This document shows positions 52,461-64,000 of a stretch of 64,000 nt of DNA, one piece after another (position 1 is the first letter of the stretch; each line of letters opens with the position of its first letter). Source of the stretch: Mobula hypostoma (taxonomy: Eukaryota); assembly GCF_963921235.1 (NCBI RefSeq), contig NC_086108.1, forward strand, positions 37,946,001 to 38,010,000. The letters run 5' to 3'. Both the position numbers and the translations under genes were made by a program. A model generated the notes under the pieces. It was not told the DNA's origin. It worked only from the letters and a program-made list of their open reading frames with translations, and ran no database searches.

Positions 52461-53312
52461 TGTTACGAGAATACACATAAAATTAAGATGTTTGCTGGCC
52501 TGGGCTAGCATCAGTGGCATCAGCAGTTGGTCTGCCACCTGCCCTCAGGGGAAGGAGAGATAAGGAACAATGGAGCAGCGTCTGGGGATGTGTAATGAGG
52601 GGATGTGGGAGGAAGAGCTGTCTGGAGCGGCTCCCCCCTTTAAACTGTTTGAAGTGATGGACAGGCGATACCCCAGCAGGGGGATAAAAAGGGACAGGTT
52701 CGCTAAGACGACACACACGCCACCCGAGGTAACGAGACCCTGGAAGCGGTGCGCTTCTCATGAGTGGGTGAGAAGTACCGGACAACGACAAGGGTGGAAA
52801 GGTACGATCAGCGGGAACCCGGTGTGTGTCCGCCCTTGCCTGGGTGCCGGGTTCACTGCAGAGGATCGACCGCATCTGGAGGAGGGGTCACAGTCGGTGA
52901 CCTCAGGTGACATCACCAAGGACCCGCCCAAAAGCTGTTTGTGAGCCATCTTGCTGGTCTGTGAGTGAAGCCGTTCTGAATGATGAGTTGTTCCTATTCT
53001 ATCTCTCTCTTCCCCCACGTTGTCCACCGCCATGGCAACGATTACTGCGAACTGAACTACTAAACTGGACTGAACTTTGAGTCATTTTGAAATTGGTCAT
53101 TTACCCCTAGACAACGATAGAGCTTGATTGATGCTGTTATCTTAATTCTGTGCACATGTGTGGTTATCATTGTTGAATTGTTGCATTTATTATCCTTTCG
53201 ATTACTGTGTTGCTTGTTTCTTTAATAAAACTTTCTTAGTTCTAGTACTCCAGACTCCAACTGAGTGATCCATTTCTGCTGGTTTGGCAACCCAGTTACG
53301 GGGTACGTAACA
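52461..53312 (+). repeat. 5' LTR
   Basis: tgttac...gtaaca. I found one difference from the 3' LTR (A at 52642 vs G at 56720). Confidence 0.97.
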
Positions 53313-53316
53313 TAAG

Positions 53317-53342
53317 TGGGGTTCTCGTCCGCGATTTTGAAC
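53317..53342 (+). promoter_or_regulatory. Primer-binding site, tRNA-Pro-like
   Basis: tggggttctcgtccgcgattttgaac resembles the complement of the tRNA-Pro 3' end (TGGGGGCTCGTCCGGGATTTGAAC), with mismatches. Confidence 0.7.
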
Positions 53343-53411
53343 GCTAAATTTGGGACGGAGTAAATTGATTGGGTTAAAATTCCCGAAAGAAAGAAAAGAC
53401 AAACAGCAGAA

Positions 53412-56366
53412 ATGGAGGTTGAGGAATTTATAAAGGCGCCGACCTTGGAGGCATTAGAGGATGCCAGGAAATCGGAATTGATAGCTGTGGCAAAACGGGT
53501 GAATCTTGCTAAGGTGAAGTCGACAATGAGGAGAGAGGAGATACACAGAGCTATTGTAGAGCACTATGTATCTAAAGGTGTGTTTCCCCAAGGTGAGCTG
53601 GGGGAGGTGTCTATTGAAAAACCTGCTGGAGACGCGGTACAGGTACAGCTTGAAAAACTGAGACTCGAGCACGAGTTCCGGGTACGGCAGTTAGAAAGGC
53701 AGGAGAAAGAGAGAGAGTTAGAAAGGCAGGAGAAAGAGAGAGAGTTAGAAAGGCAGGAGAAAGAGAGAGAGTTAGAAAGGCAGGAGAAAGAGAGAGAGTT
53801 AGAAAGGCAGGAGAAAGAGAGAGAGTTAGAAAGGCGGGAGAGAGAGAAAGAGGTAGAAAGGCAAGAGAGAGAAAGACAGTTGGAGAGAGAAGAGAGAGAG
53901 AGGGACAGACAGTTGGAGAGAGAGGAGAAACAGAGGGAAAGGGAATTTGAGCTGGAGAAGTTAAAGATAAGGGCCGAGCAGGGGCTCGTGCCGAACCAAG
54001 GTGGAGGGTTCCGGGCGACCCAGGAGGTTAGGCTGGTTCCCCCATTTGACGATACCGATGTGGATCGGTACTTTCTCCATTTCGAAAAAGTGGCCATAAG
54101 TCAGGAATGGCCGAGGGATAAGTGGGTTGTCTTACTTCAGAGTGTACTGAAAGGGAAGGCCCAACAAGCTTACTCCGCTTTATCCGCGGAAGATGCCCAG
54201 AAGTATGAGGTGGTGAAGGAGGCCATCCTCAGGATTTATGAGTTGGTCCCGGAGGCATACCGGCAGAGGTTCCGGAATGCGAGGAAGCGGTGGGACCGCA
54301 CGTATTTGGAGTTTGCTCGCGAGATGCAAACATATTGTGAGCGTTGGTGCGCCTCGAAGGGGGTAGAGGGGGATTATGACAGACTGCTGCAGCTGATTCT
54401 GATTGAGCAGTTTAAAGGTTGTGTCCCTGAGGGTATGAGACCCTACCTCGATGAGAAAGAGGCAGCCACGTTAGCCGCAACTGCTAAGTTAGCGGATGAG
54501 TATGCGTTGACGCATAAAATGAAGGTTGCCCCGAGTAAAGGCTACCAGAAGGGTAGTCAGGACGGCGGGGAGAGTCCACCGGAAAAGTCAGAAAGTAAGC
54601 CGGGGACTAGTGAAAAGGATAAGGTAGACCGGGAGCAGTCTGGTAGGAAGTCTCCTGGAGTCGTCTGTTATAATTGTGGGAAAGTCGGACACTTTGCGTC
54701 CAGGTGCTTTGCCCCAAGGAAGGAGACGGGGAAAGGAAAAGCGGAAATTTGGAATGGCTGTATTGAGCTGTTAAGCGAACCGCTAGGGAAGGACAGGTCT
54801 GAAAAAGTCCAGGAAGGGCGCGAGAGGTTTATCTCGGCCGGACTGGTGTCAATGAAAAAGAGGTTAAAACCAGTTCCAGTGCGGATCTGGAGAGACACGG
54901 GAGCGTGTCAGTCACTAATACTGAAGAGTGTATTAGAGTTTAGCTCAGAGACCCAGACTGGGGAGGTAGAGGTCAAAGGTGTTGGGGAAGGGACAGAGTC
55001 AGTCCCTTTGCACCAGATACACTTACAGAGCAACCTGGTCTCTGGACGAGTCACGATTGGGGTGAGGTCCGAATTACCGATGAAAGACGTGGAAGTCTTG
55101 CTCGGTAATGACATCGCCGGAGGAATCGTGTTCCCAGTCGTGAGATTGACAGGTCAGCCTGCCAGCATGGAGGCCCCGCCCGCGATGGTGAATTTGGCTG
55201 AAACATTTCTGCCAACCTTGTATGAGACAGGGTGTAGTGAGATAAGAGGTAGTGAGGGAGCTGGGACGGACGTAGCAGTAGCCAGGAAAGAATTTGTGCA
55301 GACGCAGGAGCGAGACGAGGGGCTGATGGTTTTTGCCGAGACCGCTCTCTCTGACACAGCCTTGACAAGCTATTGTGCGGATGAGGAAGTGCTAAGGAAG
55401 AAAGGGAAATCAAGTACAGCATCCGCAGATGAGGAGTGGGGGGTGGTGCAAAAGAGTTATGGGGATGAGGTTTTTAACATGGCCCACGAGGTACCCCCCG
55501 GTGGACATTTTGCGGTGCTGGAGGAAACAGTTGGTGGAATCATGAAAGAGATTTACCGGCTGCCCAGGGGGAAAAATGTTATTGATCATGACCGACGCGA
55601 ACTGAGACGGTCACCGGCTTTTGATATGCTAACAAACCTAGTCGGTGTTAGCGTGGAAATCAATGAAGCGAGGGGCCCCCTGCTAAGAGGAAAAAACCAT
55701 TTTGAAAAGATTAGGATGGGATCGGTCAGATGGGAGAAGGCTATTGTTTTGGCCAGGTCTACTGATAAGGTCTCTCCCTTAATCCCCGAAGGAGTAATTA
55801 AACGACTCGCACCCATGTGTTTGATTGTCCCGAGGAAATGCAAAGAACTGGGACGTTGGGTTATGTCTGTTACAATAGGGCGGCCAAGTAAACAACACCC
55901 ATATTTTTTGAGTAATTCAGTGACTAAAGGGCTGATGAACACAGAGGTGTGTATTGGCAATTTAATACGACTGTCTGAAGCCAGCTTGATAGTGAACCTT
56001 GAAAAAAATGAATTCGGCCACACGAGAGTCACTTACCTGGGAATTGTGGTGACACAGGGGCAGCTGGCAGTGATGCAAGCTACAGTGCAGGCTATCGCTG
56101 ACCTCCCAACCCCGACAGACAAGAGGGCCCTCAGAAGGCTTTTGGAGATGGTGGGGTACTGCAGGAAGTTTTGCAATAACTCTGCGGTCAATACCCGTCC
56201 CCCTCCTACTAAGCCCTTGCGAGGGAAAATTGAGTCGGAATGGGACGACCCTTGTTGTTGTGGTCCGGGACAAAACCAAATGAGAGGTTACATTGGTCGC
56301 AATTCATCAGTGTTTTTGGCCACTATGAAGTTTGCTGAGTTGGAGCCTGGTCTAAGGGATTATTAA
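53412..56366 (+). CDS. 984-aa Gag-protease polyprotein with vestigial integrase and RT segments
   Basis: Coiled coil, capsid/SCAN-like region (PEAYRQRFR...LILIEQF), CCHC knuckle (54666-54707) and protease DTG (54894-54902), then IN fragments before RT fragments. Confidence 0.9.
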   Translation: MEVEEFIKAPTLEALEDARKSELIAVAKRVNLAKVKSTMRREEIHRAIVEHYVSKGVFPQGELGEVSIEKPAGDAVQVQLEKLRLEHEFRVRQLERQEKERELERQEKERELERQEKERELERQEKERELERQEKERELERREREKEVERQERERQLEREERERDRQLEREEKQREREFELEKLKIRAEQGLVPNQGGGFRATQEVRLVPPFDDTDVDRYFLHFEKVAISQEWPRDKWVVLLQSVLKGKAQQAYSALSAEDAQKYEVVKEAILRIYELVPEAYRQRFRNARKRWDRTYLEFAREMQTYCERWCASKGVEGDYDRLLQLILIEQFKGCVPEGMRPYLDEKEAATLAATAKLADEYALTHKMKVAPSKGYQKGSQDGGESPPEKSESKPGTSEKDKVDREQSGRKSPGVVCYNCGKVGHFASRCFAPRKETGKGKAEIWNGCIELLSEPLGKDRSEKVQEGRERFISAGLVSMKKRLKPVPVRIWRDTGACQSLILKSVLEFSSETQTGEVEVKGVGEGTESVPLHQIHLQSNLVSGRVTIGVRSELPMKDVEVLLGNDIAGGIVFPVVRLTGQPASMEAPPAMVNLAETFLPTLYETGCSEIRGSEGAGTDVAVARKEFVQTQERDEGLMVFAETALSDTALTSYCADEEVLRKKGKSSTASADEEWGVVQKSYGDEVFNMAHEVPPGGHFAVLEETVGGIMKEIYRLPRGKNVIDHDRRELRRSPAFDMLTNLVGVSVEINEARGPLLRGKNHFEKIRMGSVRWEKAIVLARSTDKVSPLIPEGVIKRLAPMCLIVPRKCKELGRWVMSVTIGRPSKQHPYFLSNSVTKGLMNTEVCIGNLIRLSEASLIVNLEKNEFGHTRVTYLGIVVTQGQLAVMQATVQAIADLPTPTDKRALRRLLEMVGYCRKFCNNSAVNTRPPPTKPLRGKIESEWDDPCCCGPGQNQMRGYIGRNSSVFLATMKFAELEPGLRDY
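53690..53824 (+). repeat. In-frame 27-bp tandem repeat, 5 perfect copies (LERQEKERE)
   Basis: gttagaaaggcaggagaaagagagaga x5, followed by degenerate units to about 53950. Confidence 0.95.
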
Positions 56367-56526
56367 TAACACGTGTAAAAGGAACAGAAAATGTGATGAC
56401 TGTCTGTCAAGGTGTTGACAGCTTCAAATTCTCTGTATTAGCTAAATAACTGTTAAAGATGTATATTGTGTATGTATCAGATAATGTAGTCATGTTTGTA
56501 ATTTTTACCTCCCGGTAAAAATCCTT

Positions 56527-56538
56527 AAAGGGGGGAAG
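56527..56538 (+). promoter_or_regulatory. Polypurine tract
   Basis: aaaggggggaag immediately before the 3' LTR. Confidence 0.9.
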
Positions 56539-57390
56539 TGTTACGAGAATACACATAAAATTAAGATGTTTGCTGGCCTGGGCTAGCATCAGTGGCATCA
56601 GCAGTTGGTCTGCCACCTGCCCTCAGGGGAAGGAGAGATAAGGAACAATGGAGCAGCGTCTGGGGATGTGTAATGAGGGGATGTGGGAGGAAGAGCTGTC
56701 TGGAGCGGCTCCCCCCTTTGAACTGTTTGAAGTGATGGACAGGCGATACCCCAGCAGGGGGATAAAAAGGGACAGGTTCGCTAAGACGACACACACGCCA
56801 CCCGAGGTAACGAGACCCTGGAAGCGGTGCGCTTCTCATGAGTGGGTGAGAAGTACCGGACAACGACAAGGGTGGAAAGGTACGATCAGCGGGAACCCGG
56901 TGTGTGTCCGCCCTTGCCTGGGTGCCGGGTTCACTGCAGAGGATCGACCGCATCTGGAGGAGGGGTCACAGTCGGTGACCTCAGGTGACATCACCAAGGA
57001 CCCGCCCAAAAGCTGTTTGTGAGCCATCTTGCTGGTCTGTGAGTGAAGCCGTTCTGAATGATGAGTTGTTCCTATTCTATCTCTCTCTTCCCCCACGTTG
57101 TCCACCGCCATGGCAACGATTACTGCGAACTGAACTACTAAACTGGACTGAACTTTGAGTCATTTTGAAATTGGTCATTTACCCCTAGACAACGATAGAG
57201 CTTGATTGATGCTGTTATCTTAATTCTGTGCACATGTGTGGTTATCATTGTTGAATTGTTGCATTTATTATCCTTTCGATTACTGTGTTGCTTGTTTCTT
57301 TAATAAAACTTTCTTAGTTCTAGTACTCCAGACTCCAACTGAGTGATCCATTTCTGCTGGTTTGGCAACCCAGTTACGGGGTACGTAACA
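56539..57390 (+). repeat. 3' LTR
   Basis: 852-bp copy of 52461-53312. Confidence 0.97.
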
Positions 57391-59314
57391 ACATTAAGAA
57401 AGAGAATGTGCTGGAGCTTTTAGAAAGTATCAAGTTGGATAGTCTCTGGGACCAGATGAGATGTACCCCAGGCTACTGTGGGAGGCGAGGAAGGAGATTA
57501 CTAAGCCTCTGGCAATGATCTTTGCATCACCAATGGGGATGGGAAAGGTTCCGCAGGATTGAAAGATTGCAGATATTGTTCCCTTATTCAAGAAAGGGAG
57601 TGGATATAGCCCAGGAAATTATAGACCACTGAGTCTTACTTCAGTGGTTTGTAATTTGATGGAAAGACAGGATTTATGAACATTTGGACAGGCATAATGC
57701 GATTAGGAATAGTCAGCATGGCTTTGTCAAAGGCAGGTTGTGCTTTATGAGCCTGATTAAATTTTTTGAGGATGTGACGAAACATATTGATGAAGGTAGA
57801 GTAGTAGATGTAGTGTATATGGATTTCAGCAAGGCATTTGATAAGGTACCCCATGCAAGGCTTATTGAGAAAGTAAGGAGGCATGGGATCCAAGGGGACA
57901 TTGTTTTGTGGATCCAGAATTGGCTTGCCCACAGAAGGCAAAGAGTGGTTGTAGACGGGTCATATTCTGCATGGAGGTCGGTGACCAGTGGTGTGCCTCA
58001 GGGTTCTGTTCTGGGACCACTTCTCTTCAAGATTTTTAGAAATGACCTGGATGAGGAAGTGGAGGGATGGGTTAGTAAATTTGCTAATGACACCAAGGTT
58101 GGGGATGTTGTGGATAGTGTGGAGGGCTGTCAGAAGTTACAGCGGGACATTAATAGGATGTAAAACTGGGCAGATAAGTGGCAGGTGGAGTTCAACCCAG
58201 ATGAGTGTGAGGTGGTTCATTTTGGTAGGTCAAATATGATAGTAGAATATAGTATTAATTGTTAGACTCTTGGCAGTGTGGAGTATCAGAGGGATCTTGG
58301 GGTCTGAGTCTATAGGACACTCAAAGCTGCTGCACAGGTTGACTCTGTGATTAAGAAGGCATACGGTGCATTGGCCTTCATCAACTGTGGGATTGAGTTT
58401 AAGAGCCGAGAGGTAATGTTACAGCTATATAGGATCCTGGTCATGCCCCACTTTGAGGACTGTACTCAGTTCTGGTCACATCACTACAGGAAGGATGTGG
58501 AAACTATAGAAAGGGTGCAGACGAAATTTACAAGGATGTTGCCTGGATTGGGGAGTATGCCTTATGAGAATAGGTTGAGTGAACTTGGCTTTTTCTCCTT
58601 GGAGCGGCGGAGGATGAAAGGTGACCTGATAGAGGTGTATAAGATAATGAGAGGGATTGATTGTGTGGATAGTCAGAGGCTTTTTTCCAGGGCTGAAATC
58701 GCTAACAGGAGAGGGCACAGTTTTAAGGTGCTTGGAAGTAGGTACAGAGAAGACATCAGGGGTAAGTTTTTCACGCAGAGATTGGCGAATGCATCAAATG
58801 GGCTGCTGGCGATGGTGATGGAAGCGGATACGATAGGGTCTTTAAAGAGACTGCTGGATAGGTACAAACTACACATGGAGCTTAGAAAAAATAGAGGGCT
58901 ATGGGTAATCCTAGGTAATTTCTAACGGAAGTACATGTTCGGCACAGCATTGTGGGCCGAAGGGCGTGTGTTGTGTTGTAGGTTTTCTATGTTTTTATGT
59001 TTCTAATGGATTGAGTCTAACAAATTAATTGCTGCCCTGAGATCATTACTTGAGTACAATCTGCGTTTGTACTGCTTACATGAAAAAAAAATCACAGACC
59101 AAAATTTCTCAGCTGCAATGAAATCAGAGCAGTGCCTCACTGTAGTCCTTTATACAAAATAATTCAGTTCAGAGCTTTCCCAGTGTTAACGCTAGAAACA
59201 TGTATGAGCTAAACTTCCATTTTTGGGGTCTGGCACAAGGGATGTAAGGGTGAATATTGGAATGAGTGGTCCAGAGCTTTTAACAGAAAAAGAGGCAAAC
59301 TATCTAACGATATG

Positions 59315-59690
59315 CACACAAACTGCTGGAGAAACTCAGTAGGCCAGGAAGCATCTATGAGGATGAATAAACAGTCGCCATTTCGGGCCAAGACCCCTCA
59401 CCAGGATTGGAAAGGAAAGATGAGAAGTCAAAGTAAGATGGGGGGGGGGAGGGGAGGAAGAAATACAAGGTAGTTGGAGTGAAACCGGGAGAGGGGTAGA
59501 GAGTGAGGTAAAGAGCTGGGAAGTTGATTGGTGAAAGTGATAAAGGGCTGGAGAAGGGAAGAAATCTGATAGGACAGGACAGAAGACCGCGGAAGAAAGG
59601 GAAGGAGGGGAAACACCAGAGTGAGAGGATGGCAGGTAAGGAGAGAAGGCGAGAAAGGAAAATAGGAATGGAGAAATGGTGAAGGGAGAG
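59315..59690 (-). mobile_element. Older Penelope pLTR fragment
   Basis: acacaaactgctggagaaactcag...tttcgggccaagacccctcaccagga (decayed hammerhead) followed by the purine-rich UTR. Confidence 0.75.
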
Positions 59691-60792
59691 TATTTTTCAA
59701 TGCAATATTGGTACGAATCTCTACACAAATTTATTTTACATTAAAAATCATCAAAATATCAGTCATTAATGTGTTTAACATGAAAGATACTTGGATTTCC
59801 AGTTCACTTTTCATAGTTTGGAACAGAAGCATATGGTATTGCAGTCAAAAAATGTAAATAACATGGAGGTTAAACAATGATGATACTGTAAAAATCTAAT
59901 TAGTTCTGGCTAAGGATCATCATCCTGGAACATTAACTCAGTTATTCCTTATATAGTGCCTAATCTGCTGAGTGTTTCCAACATTTTCTGTTTTTATTTT
60001 ACATTGGCTTGGACTTGATGCAGTTTAGCACATTCTGAAAGCTAACCATGTGGAAAATACTGCTAAATGAAAATAGATCCACCATTTATCAAGAATACAT
60101 TCAACAGCCAGTCACGATGCCTTAATTTATTTTAGATGTGCACAAAATGAAAATTATTAATTTAAATGAACAATCTCCCTTAATATATCCCTCATCCATG
60201 GTCAATGGCTATAAATAGATTACTGTTTGATAAATGAAAATTCTATAACACAATTCTTCTGGCAAACATTCAAATTAAATAAAGAATAATCAGGATTACT
60301 AAATATGCTGTATGTTTCCAGATGATTTCAATTAACAAACTGATCATCTATACAGAAATGAATCTTGTTATTTTATTAATTCACTATGTTTTTAAATTTA
60401 CTTGTGGATGTGACAACTTTAACAATAATCTATTTCACTACTTTAAGAACAGTTTAGTAAATTATTTGCTCCCAACTTTTGGTGCTCATAAAAGTCTGCA
60501 TCACTGAGGTCAAATCCTCAGCCTGCATTGCTTGCATACATTTCAATTATGTACTGATTAATCAGCACACAATACCTAAGATTGGACTCCAAAAATTCTC
60601 CAGAGACAAGCTTTAATAATATATGGAGCTAATTCAGAACATATCAATAGCCTTAAAAATTATTTAGCTTAATATACACTTTACTCAATAAACTATCGCC
60701 AGAAGAATTTAAAATTATTTTACAATTACAATTTTTGCAGTTATTTACTGTATTTCATTAACTACTTTTCAATTAATGTCAGAATGCCATTA

Positions 60793-61048
60793 AGATTCAA
60801 AGATTCAAGATTCAAAAAAACTTTATTGTCATTCTAACCGTACATCAGCTCTGCAGGGCAGAATGAGACAGCGTTTCTCAGGGGCAGTGCAATCATAATA
60901 TAACAAACGCAACACTGAATAATAAACATAATAATAAATAGTAAAACACAACAGCCACATGTCAGTTAAAATCAAGTTATAAGTGTCCAGTGCGAGTTAA
61001 AAGTGTCCAAGCAGAGTCAGGTAGAGCAGCTATTTAGTCTGACTGCTA
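60793..61048 (-). mobile_element. LINE 3' UTR fragment
   Basis: (aagattc)n tail then ctttattgtcatt, the reverse of an aatgacaataaa end. Confidence 0.6.
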
Positions 61049-61719
61049 AATTAAGGACGCCAAGTTTACTTTCTAAATGACTCTTTGCATTGTTTGATTT
61101 ACCCAACATAAAATGTGAGAGCAAAAGCCAAGATACTGCCATGTAAGACTATAAGAGACCATGTACTGTATATTAATAATGTTTCTTTTCTTTTTTATTA
61201 TAATCACCCATTATCTTCAGGACAGATTTACAATAAAAATCATACTCCGACTTTGAAAGCAATTAGATTTGACAGTGGCAGTGTTAATCCAAAGAAATGT
61301 AGTACAAATAATGAAACCATCTACAAACCACAAGTGACAAGTTAATAAAAAACAGGCATACAAGAGGACTACCTTTATCTTGCACTACAAAGAGAGGCAG
61401 CTGAATTCATTACTGTTATTGAAGTGCAATAAGGAAAGCTTTCATTCACTGCCAAAGTCAGTTTGCTCTCATTTGCATTAACAGAATAGCAACAGTTCCA
61501 TTTAATGCAGATGGTTGAAGGTAACAAGTAAAGACAAACCAGTAATGTTATATGTCCTACCTGTAACTGTACCACTGGTCAAATAATAAGTTCTACCTTT
61601 TTATACCACTAAGCATTAATACTTCAACCTTTCTGTGCTGACTGTTCAGATAATTTATTTTCATCTGACGAATTCTCTTCCTCGATCAACATCATATTAC
61701 GAGGAAGGAGGTACTTGTA

Positions 61720-62320
61720 GCCTTGAAGCACATTAAGGTGGGAAAATCCCCAGGGCCTGATCATGTGCATCCCTAGACCGTATGTGAGGTCAGGAAAGAA
61801 ACTGCAGAAATTATAGATATATTTGCTTCATCATTCCACACTGGAGAAGTTCAATTATTCAAGAAGGATAGCAAGGACTGGCCAGGCAACTACAGGCTGA
61901 TGAGTCTGACTTCAACTGCAGTGAAGTTACTAGAGGGCTTTCTGAGGGACAAGATTTAATGAGATAGATAGATACTTCATTTATCCCAAAGGAAATTAGT
62001 GTGTTACAGTAGCACTACAAGTGCACAGATATACAAATATTAGAAGAGAAGTAAGAAAGAGCATTTGGATATTCTAAGCCTGATCAGGAATAGACAGCAT
62101 TGTTTTGTGCATAGGTCATCTGATAAATCTTTTAAAGTTTTTCGAAAGGGATAGAAGAATGTAGGGCAGTGGATACTATCTGCATGGATGTTAATAAGGT
62201 TTTTTACAATTCTGTATGGCAGGCTGATCTGGAAGGTTAGGTCACATGGAATTCAGTGGAAGCTACGAAGGTGGATTCAGAATTGGCTTGATGAAAGGAA
62301 GTAGAGGGTGTAGTTGAATG
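61720..62320 (+). mobile_element. CR1 RT fragment containing a short LINE tail insert; host of the last Penelope copy
   Basis: aaatccccagggcctgat (KSPGPD), ggcaactacaggc (GNYR) and tggattcagaattggctt (WIQNWL). Confidence 0.75.
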
Positions 62321-64000
62321 CAAACAACAGGAATTCTGCAGACGCTTGAAATTCAAGTCACACACATCAAAGTTGCTGGTGAATGCAGCAGGCCAGGCAG
62401 CATCTCTAGGAAGAGGTACAGTCGATGGTTCAGGCCGAGACCCTTCGTCACGACTAACTGAAGGAAGAGTTAGTAAGAGATTTGAAAGTGGGAGGGGGAG
62501 GGGGAGATAAAAAATGATAGGAGAAGACGGGGGGGGGATGGATAAGAGCTGGACAGGTGATTGGCAAAGGGGATATAAGAGGATCATGGGACAGGAGGTC
62601 CGGGGAGAAAGACAAGGGTGGGGGAACCCAGAGGATGGGCAAGGCGTATAGTCGGAGGGACAGAGGGAGAAAAAGGAGAGTGAGAGAAAGATTGTGTGTA
62701 TAAAAATAAATAACAGATGGGGTACGAGGGGGAGGTGGGGCATTAGCGGAAGTTAGAGAAGTCGAGGTTCATGCCATCAGGTTGGAGGCTACCCAGACAG
62801 AATATAAGGTGTTGTTCCTCCAGCCTGAGTGTGGCTTCATCTTTACAGTAGAGGAGGCCGTGGATAGACATGTCAGAATGGGAATGGGATGTGGAATCAA
62901 AATATGTGGCCACTGGAAGATCCTGCTTTCTCTGGCGGACAGAGCATAGGTGTTCAGCAAAGCGGTCTCCCAGTCTGCGTCGGGTCTCGCCAATATATAG
63001 AAAGCCACATCGGGAGCACCGGACGCAGTATATCACCCCAGTCGACTCACAGGTGAAGTGTCGCCTCACCTAGAAGTATACTTGCAAAAATGCCATCCCC
63101 TTCTCGCAATTCCTCCGTCTCCGCCGCATCTGCTTTCAGGATGAGGCTTTTCATTCCAGGACGAGGGAGATGTCCTCCTTTTTTAAAGAAAGGGGCTTCC
63201 CTTCCTCCATTATCAACTCTGCTCTCAAACACATCTCCCCCATTTTACGTACATCTGCTCTCACTCCATCCTCCCACCACCCCACTAGGAATAGGGCTCC
63301 CCTGGTCCTCACCTACCACCCCATAAGCCTCCATCCAACATATTATTCTCCATAACTTCCGCCACCTCCAACGGGATCCCACCACTAAGCACAGCTTTCC
63401 CTCCCCCCCCTCTCTGCTTTCCGCAGGGATCACTCCCTACGCGACTCCCTTGTCCATTCTTCCCCCCCCCCATCCCTCCCCACTGATCTCCCTCCTGGCA
63501 CTTATCCTTGTAAGCGGAACAAGTGCTACACATGCCCTTACACTTCCTCCCTTACCACCATTCAGGGCGCCAAACAGTCCTTCCAGGTGAGGTGACACTT
63601 CACCTGTGAGTCGGCTGGGGTGATATACTGCGTCTGGTGCTCCCGATGTGGACTTCTATATATTGGCGAGACCCAACGCAGACTGGGAGACCGCTTTGCT
63701 GAACACCTATGCTCTGTCCGCCAGAGAAAACAGGATCTCCCAGTGGCCACACATTTCCGCATTCCACATCCCATTCCCATTCTGACATGTCTATCCACGG
63801 CCTCCTCTACTGTAAAGATGAAACCACACTCAGGTTGAGGAACACCTTATATTCCGTCTGGGTAGCCTCCAACCTGATGGCATGAACATCGACTTCTCTA
63901 ACTTCCGCTAATGCCCCACCTCTCCCTCGTACCCCATCTGTTATTTATTTTTATACACACATTCTTTTCTCACTCTCCTTTTTCTCCCTCTGTCCCTCTG
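62321..64000 (+). mobile_element. Penelope-like element with a long inverted arm; runs off the window
   Basis: Inverted arm 62321-63076 (whole GIY-YIG region plus pLTR and tail), 4-nt filler tata, forward body from 63081. Confidence 0.93.

Larger units (their letters stand above)
52461..57390 (+). mobile_element. Gmr1-type (Ty3/Gypsy) LTR retrotransposon, non-autonomous, very recent
   Basis: Two 852-bp TG...CA LTRs, 4-bp TSD acat (52457-52460 and 57391-57394), PBS, PPT and a single ORF. Confidence 0.96.
50550..59005 (+). mobile_element. Long CR1-clade LINE (ORF1 esterase, APE endonuclease, RT), decayed and split by the LTR element
   Basis: GDSIVR...LPGARVQDV...VVHIGTN (SGNH esterase), YFNAR / ITETW / YRPP / GDFNFP (APE), and RT motifs after 57391; (tatgtttt/c)n tail. 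Confidence 0.93.

Noticed and set aside
52483..53033. Overlapping 91-130 aa ORFs, repeated at 56561-57111
   Set aside because: They lie within the LTRs, are duplicated only because the LTR is, and show no recognisable domain.
53690..53824. CRISPR-like array
   Set aside because: Head-to-tail units with no spacers, in frame inside gag, in eukaryotic DNA with no cas genes.
53564..54097. Antisense 177-aa Ser/Leu-rich ORF
   Set aside because: It is the mirror of the gag tandem repeat.
53412..56366. Domesticated SCAN or Gag-derived host gene
   Set aside because: It is flanked by near-identical LTRs, PBS, PPT and a TSD inside a LINE, so it is a recent insertion.
61375..61575. Candidate upstream KCNT2 exon (hydrophobic ORF near a GT)
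   Set aside because: It does not match the expected S4-S5 linker/S5 sequence. I found no such exon in 33800-64000, so it probably lies beyond the window.

Overview
This is vertebrate genomic DNA, not prokaryotic. The repeat families suggest a cartilaginous fish, probably a ray (inference). The whole window lies inside a minus-strand gene for the Na+-activated K+ channel KCNT2 (Slick/Slo2.1). Five consecutive coding exons (181, 165, 137, 64 and 109 bp, all GT-AG and phase-compatible) encode the pore/S6 and the start of RCK1. The introns are dominated by nested transposable elements: CR1 and Rex1/Babar-type LINEs, V- and CORE-type SINEs, Tc1, Charlie-type hAT and Tigger-type DNA transposons, and solo LTRs. 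Three systems stand out. (1) A very young Gmr1-type LTR retrotransposon (52461-57390, one mismatch between 852-bp LTRs) has a single open 984-aa ORF that keeps Gag and protease but has lost the integrase, RT and RNase H cores without breaking the frame. (2) An old, fragmented endogenous retrovirus (about 11140-22161) has two LTRs, RNase H/integrase remnants and a non-gamma-type env, and is buried under several layers of later insertions. (3) A young Neptune-type Penelope-like family is present in four copies with TSDs, inverted pseudo-LTRs and minimal hammerhead ribozymes, plus tiny hairpin derivatives. All family assignments come from motif recognition by eye; no database search was run.
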